Part shown: positions 30,766 to 38,838 of the stretch, in pieces | How positions within the stretch are numbered: position 1 is the stretch's first letter | Layout: the number at the start of each line of letters is the position of its first letter | Virus record (IMG/VR): IMGVR_UViG_3300030103_002259 | Location: 1 to 64,000 of that record | Origin: a virus | DNA: 64,000 nt | Direction: 5' to 3' (one strand) | The notes under the pieces: model-generated | Database searches by the model: none | The model's input: the letters and a program-made list of their open reading frames with translations, nothing else | What the model was told of the DNA's origin: nothing | Translations under genes and position numbers: made by a program

Positions 30766-33700
30766 CTATATAAAATCTAATTCTACCCCATTGGCAAGTA
30801 AATATTCTATTAATTCTTCTGATAACTCATATTCACCATTTTCTTCAAACTGGTCCATGTAACCACCCTCTTGCATAAACCTACCATACTTAGCTGTGTT
30901 CATACCAGTACTATCTTCTTGACCCATTTGATCAAAGTTCTGTAAACCAAGTTGCTTACCTCCAATATCAACCTTATCACCTTTATAAGTTTTAACTGTA
31001 TTAGCATATAAGTTTTCTGGTCTAGTCATCTCATCATTATAATCAGCATAATCATTCTTTCTATTAGACCTAGACTTAAGTCCAGCAATACCTCGTATAC
31101 CAGCTATAGACACATTAGCTAATGCTTCACCATCTGTTACTTTAGTTCTTCTTTTTAATTTGTTTTCAAACATAACCTGTTTACCCTTCTTTTTATTTTT
31201 ATCATTATACTGATAATTATAAAAATCATTTTGGATAGGATCTACAGCTTGATTAGGATCTACAGTAATATTATTAGGTTGTGGATCAGGCATATCTGGT
31301 GTATTATTATTCATAAATGCTCCCATACTACCCATCATGCCTTGATTAGGATCTAGGTTAGTAATTTCTGCATCAAGATTAACTTCCATATTAGGTTGAG
31401 GTGCATTGACACCCATGTTACTAGTAAAACCTCCACTTTGCATAGGATTTCTTTTAGCTCTTCTATCAGCTCTGTCTGACTGTCTCTCACCCCTTCTAAT
31501 TTTTCTTCGCACACTTCCTTTTAAGTCACCATACTTATCTTTAAAACTTCTTTCTGGAATATCAAAATTAATTAACTTTTGAGTAGCTTGATTTCTAGAA
31601 TCTATTTGATTTTCTAGCTCACTAGAATCATCAGATCCAGTAGTATAATAATCAATATACTTTTTAGGCATACCCCTTCTATTAGTTTTAAGAACCTCTC
31701 TTCTCAATGGAGTAAGTTCATTCATAGGACCTGTATAATCAGTTTTAGTTTTTATATAAGGCATTCTACCAAACATCCTATTAGCTGGAAATAACATATC
31801 ACGTAAAGCACCTCTTCTACCACTAAATGTACCATAAGGAACCGTTTGTCTATTATAGTTTATAGTAGCTTTTCTAATAGGGTAACCTTCCCAAGGATCA
31901 ACAGCATTTTTTTCAGCTGCTCCAGCATCCATAAATGCCTTTGCTACCTTGTATGCAGCACCACCTCTTTGTGCCATTGGCACATCTTCCATTTCACCAC
32001 CCTCTTGTTTTATTTTACCTAAAGAAAAATGTGGGGCAACCCAGTCATAAGTAGTTTTAGGCTCTTTTAAACCAAGTCCAAAATTAGACTCAAGCATGCC
32101 TGTTCTAGTAATAGAAGGTAAATCCTTTGGTACTTGATCTGCTGACATACTACCTGGTTTATATTCTAATACTGGATAACCAAAGTCTTGACCAGTTAAA
32201 TTCTGCATATTCTCTAAGTTAGTCATATAATAATCTCTTCTTAATTTAGAAGTATCACCAATAATCTTAGCTTCTGCCTTAGCTATTTCTGCATCATTTA
32301 AACCTTGAAACTTTAAATCATAAATAGCATCATACATCTTTTTACCCCAATACCCATCAGTTAAAAAGTCTTCACCTTGAAGTCTATTATAACCAGTAAA
32401 GATGGGACTTTCAAATATACCATAACGTTCAGGATTCTGCAACATTCTAGCAAAATGACCATCTTGCATTAATTTAGAATCAAGGGTAAGATTATCTGAC
32501 CCTGTACCAAGTGATCCTATAGGTAGTTTACTTATATCAGCCATTTGTAGTTTTGAAGCTTCTGCTAAAGCAGCAGGACTTCTATAGTTATGAGCATATA
32601 ATGAAGGCACAACATTTTTACTTGGTATACCTAAAGATTCAAAACCCATCATACCTTGAGAAGACATACCAGTAGGGTTTTCCATCAGCATTTGAAATCT
32701 CTTTACAGCTTGTTCAGGAGTAAGCTCATTGAAAAAAGATAGATTTGAGTCTGCTCCAAAATCTGTACCATATTGAGCATCTGCCATAGCCCTAACATTT
32801 TCTAAGCTGAGAGGAGCATTAGCATAATCTAAATCAGCAGCAGCACTTTGTAACGGCCCACGACCTTGTGATATAGCTCTTAATATACCTTCCTTAGATT
32901 GCATACCAGGATAAATTACTTGAAGATCTTCATCTAATACATGACTAGTTTTTGCAGAATTTAATTTTTTCTTTAATACATTATCATTTGCAGTAGTCAT
33001 AAAATTTTTATCTCTAATCAAACCTCTAATTTGCTGCAATCTTTTTAATTCATCTTTAGGAATTTTATTAAAACTTTTAACAGGTTGTAAATCTTTATAA
33101 ACTTTTAAAGCATTTTTTATAATCTTACCTCTCTGAGCTCTAGGCATTTCAGAATTTTCTTCTTGAACTAAACCATCTGCCATTTCCATAACTTTAGGGT
33201 CACCTAATTTATTAGCATTATTATAAATCCCTTCACCCAATGCTTTTGTAGAAAGATTTTTTAAACTTTTTGTAAAATCAGACTTTCTTTTACTAATCTC
33301 ATTTGTTAAAGTATCCTGTCTATTACCAGTACCTATAGTTTCTGAATCACCACCTTCTTGTTTTTTAAGCAATGACTTGACAAATTTTCCTTTTGTCATA
33401 CCACCATATGACATCATACTTAAATCATCCCAACTAATATTATCTGGACTAATATATTCAGATAATGTTGGAAATCTTATATCCATTATAGGACTTTGCA
33501 TACCATCCATATACTGATCAAAGGACATTTCTGGCTGCGGCTCTTCAGCTTGGCCACCTTCTTGTAATCTATTGTTAAAATAAGTTCTATTACTATATCT
33601 TCTTTTACCTCGACCTTTATTGCCAAATGCATTAGCAAAGAAGTTATTTACCGCACTATTACGAGCACGTTGTCTTTTCATGAGAGGAGCTCTTTGTGAT

Positions 33701-34425
33701 TCTGTAGGTGTAGATTCTGTGGGTGTAGGTATAGATGCAGGTGGTTGTTCAGATATAGGAGGCGACAATGGTGGTGGTGAAATACTTGGACCACTAGTAC
33801 CAGGGCCTATATTTGCACTTGCACCACTTTGATAAGCACCTCTATTACTTAACATACTTTGTCTTAACTTCTGCTGTAACATCTCATTCTCATCACTAGA
33901 TGGTTCAAAAGATAAATTAGGATCAAATTTAATTGAACCAACTCCACCACCTTGTTGCATAGATAACTCAGAAGTTTCATCTTGTGCCATCATTTCTTCT
34001 TGATCACCCTCAGAGTAACCATCTTCTTGATAAGGTTGTTCTGACTGAGTTAAGTCTGTCATTTCTTCTGGTATGCTAGCAGACTGTGGAGCAGTTTGAT
34101 CTTGACTTTGATCTGATACTTTCTTAGCCATCTTTTCAAAGTACTGTGGATCAAATAAACCAGCCTCAATCATTTTACTTATTACCTCTGACATCAAAGC
34201 ACCTGCCATTTTTTTCTCCATACCTGATGTTAAAAGATTTGCATAAACTTCTTCAGGTTTTATATTTGCACGAAGCTGTGCAAATACATTTCTAGCATAA
34301 GTATCTCTTATAGCACGTTCTGTAATACCGCCTCCCATTTGAAATTTAGACAAAAACTTTTTTGTCTTATTTATATAAGCACCTTTATTATCTGGTGACT
34401 TATAAATCTTTACTCTTTTTTTCAT
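30766..34425 (-). CDS. Modular cargo-like polyprotein
   Basis: 1219 aa. Many QxGG/AQRG motifs, low-complexity linkers, one globular module (about 32010-33135) and an acidic C-terminal tag. Confidence 0.6.
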   Translation of the reverse strand: MKKRVKIYKSPDNKGAYINKTKKFLSKFQMGGGITERAIRDTYARNVFAQLRANIKPEEVYANLLTSGMEKKMAGALMSEVISKMIEAGLFDPQYFEKMAKKVSDQSQDQTAPQSASIPEEMTDLTQSEQPYQEDGYSEGDQEEMMAQDETSELSMQQGGGVGSIKFDPNLSFEPSSDENEMLQQKLRQSMLSNRGAYQSGASANIGPGTSGPSISPPPLSPPISEQPPASIPTPTESTPTESQRAPLMKRQRARNSAVNNFFANAFGNKGRGKRRYSNRTYFNNRLQEGGQAEEPQPEMSFDQYMDGMQSPIMDIRFPTLSEYISPDNISWDDLSMMSYGGMTKGKFVKSLLKKQEGGDSETIGTGNRQDTLTNEISKRKSDFTKSLKNLSTKALGEGIYNNANKLGDPKVMEMADGLVQEENSEMPRAQRGKIIKNALKVYKDLQPVKSFNKIPKDELKRLQQIRGLIRDKNFMTTANDNVLKKKLNSAKTSHVLDEDLQVIYPGMQSKEGILRAISQGRGPLQSAAADLDYANAPLSLENVRAMADAQYGTDFGADSNLSFFNELTPEQAVKRFQMLMENPTGMSSQGMMGFESLGIPSKNVVPSLYAHNYRSPAALAEASKLQMADISKLPIGSLGTGSDNLTLDSKLMQDGHFARMLQNPERYGIFESPIFTGYNRLQGEDFLTDGYWGKKMYDAIYDLKFQGLNDAEIAKAEAKIIGDTSKLRRDYYMTNLENMQNLTGQDFGYPVLEYKPGSMSADQVPKDLPSITRTGMLESNFGLGLKEPKTTYDWVAPHFSLGKIKQEGGEMEDVPMAQRGGAAYKVAKAFMDAGAAEKNAVDPWEGYPIRKATINYNRQTVPYGTFSGRRGALRDMLFPANRMFGRMPYIKTKTDYTGPMNELTPLRREVLKTNRRGMPKKYIDYYTTGSDDSSELENQIDSRNQATQKLINFDIPERSFKDKYGDLKGSVRRKIRRGERQSDRADRRAKRNPMQSGGFTSNMGVNAPQPNMEVNLDAEITNLDPNQGMMGSMGAFMNNNTPDMPDPQPNNITVDPNQAVDPIQNDFYNYQYNDKNKKKGKQVMFENKLKRRTKVTDGEALANVSIAGIRGIAGLKSRSNRKNDYADYNDEMTRPENLYANTVKTYKGDKVDIGGKQLGLQNFDQMGQEDSTGMNTAKYGRFMQEGGYMDQFEENGEYELSEELIEYLLANGVELDFI

Positions 34426-34441
34426 AGGTAATAATATATAT

Positions 34442-34454
34442 TAATATACTAAAA
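34442..34454 (-). promoter_or_regulatory. Putative late-promoter element TTTTAGTATATTA
   Basis: Identical 13-mer at 58366-58378, and variants at 50895, 53392 and 59847. All are intergenic and just upstream of minus-strand starts. Confidence 0.55.
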
Positions 34455-34482
34455 TTTAAATTAATGTTTAAACTATAAAAGT

Positions 34483-37400
34483 TTACATATCCTCAACAAT
34501 ATACCCTTGTTTAACTAAGTTATCTATTTCTTTTTGAGTTAATTCTGTTTCTACAGAACCTCCCTTTTGAAACTCAGGTATACCACCATATTCAAGAATA
34601 CCTTTCTTTCTTAAAAATTGTTTAAACCTACCATCCATTTTTTTTCTTTTGCCAAACAAACCTTGACCTTTTCTAATAGAATTATTATATCTTCTTTTAC
34701 CTCCTAAACCTTGACCACTACCAGACAAAGCTCCTTTAGAAAATTGAAGACCTCTTCTTATAGGTTTATACGGGATTCTAGATGGGTTTGGATTTATATC
34801 TGATGGCATTACACTTTCACCTTCTGTATCCCAGATTTCAGTTACTGTAAAGTCTTCAGGATCTATATCTTCTCTTGGCTCTGGTGTATAATCAAATGTT
34901 CCTGGTTTTATTTTATCAAGAGGTACTATTTCAATTTCTGGTTCAGGCTCTGGTTCTGGTTCTGGTTCTGGTTCAGGAATTACCTCTTCAGGTATTTCTT
35001 CTACTATAAGTTCTTCTTCTGGTTCTTCTATAAATTCATCAAAATCATCAAAGAAAAGATTGTGACAACCCCCTTCAGCCTTACACATATACTTTTTATT
35101 TATATCCCATTTACCAGGAACAACTGCAGGACTAAAGTTTCCTTGATAATAAGGGTTAGGTCTATACTTTACACACTCTACACCGTTCCAAACTTCACCT
35201 GGACCACAATCTTTAACATTACCACCTTTACTTAATAATGGCCTCTTCTTACCTTCAGGGAATCTAAAATCTGTTTTCATTACACCAAAGTGAGGTAGTA
35301 TAATTGAATTCTCTCGCATCATAAAGTCATATGGATTAGTAATGTATGATGAAACGGGATCCTGAGAATTCAATGTTTGAACAATAGGTAACCTATCTCT
35401 TTCAGGAATGCCTTGTTTATCATACATGTCATTCAATTGTTTTTGAAGATATTGAGACCTAATATCTAATTGATCACTGCTTCTTATACCTAAAGAGTTA
35501 TCCATTAATAAACTAGCTAAGTCACCCATTGAGTTAGCTGGGTAATAACCTAAAAACATAGGGTAAGGAAGTACATTTGGTAATTTACCTGGTATTGTAG
35601 GATCTGTACCTTTAGTAGCTCTAAATATTCTACCCAGCTGCATAGCATAAGAATCGTCAGATGTATCTAAAGAACCTGTGACAATAGTATTTGGCTTTGC
35701 ACCATAAAAACCTCGATTAAGTCTTTGTTGAAAAGCGTTAAACAATTCTCTATCATTACCGTATCTATTTCTAAATAATGAACCGACTGCTTGTTTTATT
35801 TGAAGATTCCTATGGAAATCTGTCATATCATTAAATCTACTTAATGGTTGTTCACCAGGTAACAGAGTTGAAGAATCTAATGCAGAACTAGGCGTCTGGT
35901 TTAAGCTACCACCATCAAGAGTACCTAATGTTTCCATCTGTCTTATAGCTTCATCACCACCAATAGTCATCGCTGGTACATATTCAGGTTTTGTAAGATT
36001 TCTACTAGTAGTATGTTGTATTGCTTGATCCAAAATGTCTATAAGCTCTTCTTTAGATTTTTCTTGTATTAGCCTTCTTGCTTTATTTATTCTCTCTTGA
36101 CTAGGTTCTAAATAACCCTCACTATTAGGAACCATGAGTCCTTTGTTAAAATGTGAGTTTGTTAATAAACCTGCTACCTCATTTTTAGTAATATTTGAGT
36201 TCATCAAAACCTTCCGTAATTTTTTACGGTTAGCATTCATTTGTATATCTTGAAATCTTTTTATTTCTGGATTTGTAAAAGTTCCTGATACATTAGTTGG
36301 TACACCAGTATAACCATAACCTATCATCAGGTCAGTAAGAGCCTTATACTTATCAAAAGTTCTCTGATCCATCATAGGTGAAACAATAGTATTTGGTAAT
36401 AGTCTAGGAAGTTCTTCTTTAAATTTAGACAATGTTTTTATAATCCTTCCTGCTTGACCTTTAGGTAATGTTTTTATTTTTCCATTATGAGTTCTTGCAT
36501 ATCTATTATTTTCATCTTCCATACCAGGTATTAAAGTTCCTGAATATGATTTACCTTTAAAGTTCCAAGATACATTACCACCCTTTTGAAAATCTTCAGG
36601 CTGCTCTAATTCAGGTTGCATTCTATAATTAGTAGTAAGCTCTTCTCCTGGTTCTAGATCTCTATTAGCAAAAACATATCTTTCATTTCCAATTTTTTTA
36701 CTAAACATTGTTGGGGAATCTTCATTATGATTATGCATCCTACCCAATTTAGATGCGGGTTGGTCATCTCTATGAGCTAAACCAATCATATCACCTTTTT
36801 TAAAACTTCTAGTAGTAAACATACCATCACCAGCACCTTTTATTTTAGATTTAGATTGAGCTATCCCGCCATCTTTTACCATTGGTATTTCAAGCACTCT
36901 ATTACCTGGAAATTCATAGTTCATATCTGGCATCATCATCTTGCTATTACCTAAATTATCTATACCCATAACTGGAAAATCAACATCTTCCATGGTTATA
37001 TTATTTGAGTCAATAATATTAAAAGGATTATTTATATCAGGACTACCTGACTTATAACCTTCTGTAGAATAAATACCACCTTTTTTAAAATTTTTTATTG
37101 TCTGTTTAGCAGTATTCTTAAAATCTTTTATATTTTTTTCAGCGTCATTATAAAGCTCTGCACCTTTAGTAAAAATCCCTTCCATAACTGGCATTGCTAT
37201 ATCATCAAACGATAATGGTAACATAGCTGATTCTAATGCAACACCACCAAAAGCTGGATTATTAAAATTACCACTCATATAATTTTTAGCACCTTCATTT
37301 AAACCCGTAGCTGAGTTGACTGTAAACGGTTTAAATTTAAAATTTCTAAGAGCTTTTGGATTCAGTAATTTATCAGCAGATCTAACACTCTTTTTCAAAC

Positions 37401-38838
37401 CATCTGCTAAAAACTTTTTACCACCAAGCGCTCTACCAAAAGTTAAATTCAGTGCAGGTGCTAAAAAATCTGATGCGCCAATATCTGCATCAGGTGTATT
37501 ATAAGAATAGGCTGCAATATTACCCAAACCTTTAAGACCATCTGCAAACAATTGCGCAGCTCTAATTTGACCCAAGTAGGGTGTAATATAAGAAGCCCCA
37601 TCCAAACCTTGCATCATCATATTACCTTCCCAAATACCAGCGGCAGGATCCTCCTCTTGCATACGGTCAGTATTACCGTATTTAGATAAATGACCAAGTG
37701 CATCAACAGGGTGTAAAAACTTAGTAAGCGTAGAAGCTCTTCTATAAGGATTTTTAATATTCCAAGATGCATTATTTCTAGCTGACTCTTCATCACTTAT
37801 ACCTCTTATATGATGACCTCTATCAAACCACTGACCATCTGGACCCAGAGTCATGCCAGCATCCAGCATTTTTTGAGCCTCAATTAATTCTAAATCTGCA
37901 TCATAACCACCTTCTACATCTTTAAGAATTGCAATCTTTTGAGCTTTAGAGAGACTACTATCATTAGCAATTTTTCTTTGAAAATCAATAAGTTTCATAC
38001 CCCTATCTTTAAGATCACCACTTGAACTTTGTAAGTTAGCAGCTTCTTCTTCAAGATCTAATGTTCTTTCACGATAAGGGGCAAAAGTATCTGATGTAGC
38101 AACATTTCTCTCATAATCAGATAAATTACTATCAAATTCAGACTGAGCTTCCTTAGCTCTTTTATCTTCTTCTTTAGCAGCATCTGTATAAATATCTGTA
38201 ATATCATTAGTCAGACCAGAACCAGTATAATATTTAAGGATTTCATCTTGGGTTTCATCTGTGTAATCACCAAAATATTTTTCTAATGATTTAGCATCCT
38301 TACCCATTCCTTGTTTGAGTAACTTATCAATTATTTCTTCTTTAGTTTTACCTTCCTGTAATTCTTTAAGAATTGTTGTTTTATTTCCTAATTCATAATT
38401 AGCTTTATGTAGATCAAAAATATTTTGAAAAGATTTAGAAAGAAGATTCTTTTTACTAATACCCATATTCTCAAACTCTTTAGCTGTAGCACCTCTATTA
38501 TAAATAGCTTCTGCAATAGAATTTGGATCATATGCCTGGAAACCTGAAACCTGCTCACTACCGTCATCACCTTTAGTATAATTTGGAGAAAGAAAAACAC
38601 CAAGCACAGGAAAGCCATCTTCCCCTGGACGGTTTATATATTCAGAAAAACCATCCATAGTTGGTTGTACATCAGAGTCTAAAGAACTTGAGTATTCATT
38701 ATATAGGCGTTCTATAAATTTATTATCTAAACCTATAGCATCAGTATAAGTTTTACCTTCACCATCTTGATAAGGTTTGACCTCAAACCTACCTCCATTC
38801 TGCATTCTAGGTAATGCTGTTATTCTATACTTTTTCAT
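34483..38838 (-). CDS. Modular cargo-like polyprotein containing a minimal SET domain
   Basis: 1451 aa. SET motifs GAGDGMF, RMHNH and GEELTTNY at about 36600-36865, flanked by KDGG and FQKGG. Also a PE repeat and the C-terminal tag. Confidence 0.7.
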   Translation of the reverse strand: MKKYRITALPRMQNGGRFEVKPYQDGEGKTYTDAIGLDNKFIERLYNEYSSSLDSDVQPTMDGFSEYINRPGEDGFPVLGVFLSPNYTKGDDGSEQVSGFQAYDPNSIAEAIYNRGATAKEFENMGISKKNLLSKSFQNIFDLHKANYELGNKTTILKELQEGKTKEEIIDKLLKQGMGKDAKSLEKYFGDYTDETQDEILKYYTGSGLTNDITDIYTDAAKEEDKRAKEAQSEFDSNLSDYERNVATSDTFAPYRERTLDLEEEAANLQSSSGDLKDRGMKLIDFQRKIANDSSLSKAQKIAILKDVEGGYDADLELIEAQKMLDAGMTLGPDGQWFDRGHHIRGISDEESARNNASWNIKNPYRRASTLTKFLHPVDALGHLSKYGNTDRMQEEDPAAGIWEGNMMMQGLDGASYITPYLGQIRAAQLFADGLKGLGNIAAYSYNTPDADIGASDFLAPALNLTFGRALGGKKFLADGLKKSVRSADKLLNPKALRNFKFKPFTVNSATGLNEGAKNYMSGNFNNPAFGGVALESAMLPLSFDDIAMPVMEGIFTKGAELYNDAEKNIKDFKNTAKQTIKNFKKGGIYSTEGYKSGSPDINNPFNIIDSNNITMEDVDFPVMGIDNLGNSKMMMPDMNYEFPGNRVLEIPMVKDGGIAQSKSKIKGAGDGMFTTRSFKKGDMIGLAHRDDQPASKLGRMHNHNEDSPTMFSKKIGNERYVFANRDLEPGEELTTNYRMQPELEQPEDFQKGGNVSWNFKGKSYSGTLIPGMEDENNRYARTHNGKIKTLPKGQAGRIIKTLSKFKEELPRLLPNTIVSPMMDQRTFDKYKALTDLMIGYGYTGVPTNVSGTFTNPEIKRFQDIQMNANRKKLRKVLMNSNITKNEVAGLLTNSHFNKGLMVPNSEGYLEPSQERINKARRLIQEKSKEELIDILDQAIQHTTSRNLTKPEYVPAMTIGGDEAIRQMETLGTLDGGSLNQTPSSALDSSTLLPGEQPLSRFNDMTDFHRNLQIKQAVGSLFRNRYGNDRELFNAFQQRLNRGFYGAKPNTIVTGSLDTSDDSYAMQLGRIFRATKGTDPTIPGKLPNVLPYPMFLGYYPANSMGDLASLLMDNSLGIRSSDQLDIRSQYLQKQLNDMYDKQGIPERDRLPIVQTLNSQDPVSSYITNPYDFMMRENSIILPHFGVMKTDFRFPEGKKRPLLSKGGNVKDCGPGEVWNGVECVKYRPNPYYQGNFSPAVVPGKWDINKKYMCKAEGGCHNLFFDDFDEFIEEPEEELIVEEIPEEVIPEPEPEPEPEPEPEIEIVPLDKIKPGTFDYTPEPREDIDPEDFTVTEIWDTEGESVMPSDINPNPSRIPYKPIRRGLQFSKGALSGSGQGLGGKRRYNNSIRKGQGLFGKRKKMDGRFKQFLRKKGILEYGGIPEFQKGGSVETELTQKEIDNLVKQGYIVEDM
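34936..34977. repeat. Hexanucleotide tandem repeat (TGGTTC)n encoding a Pro-Glu linker
   Basis: tctggttcaggctctggttctggttctggttctggttcagg, translating to PEPEPEPEPEPEPE on the minus strand. Confidence 0.9.

Noticed and set aside
34936-34977. Tandem repeat as a CRISPR array or phase-variation tract
   Set aside because: It is an in-frame 6-bp unit coding a Pro-Glu linker, with no spacers and no frameshift potential.
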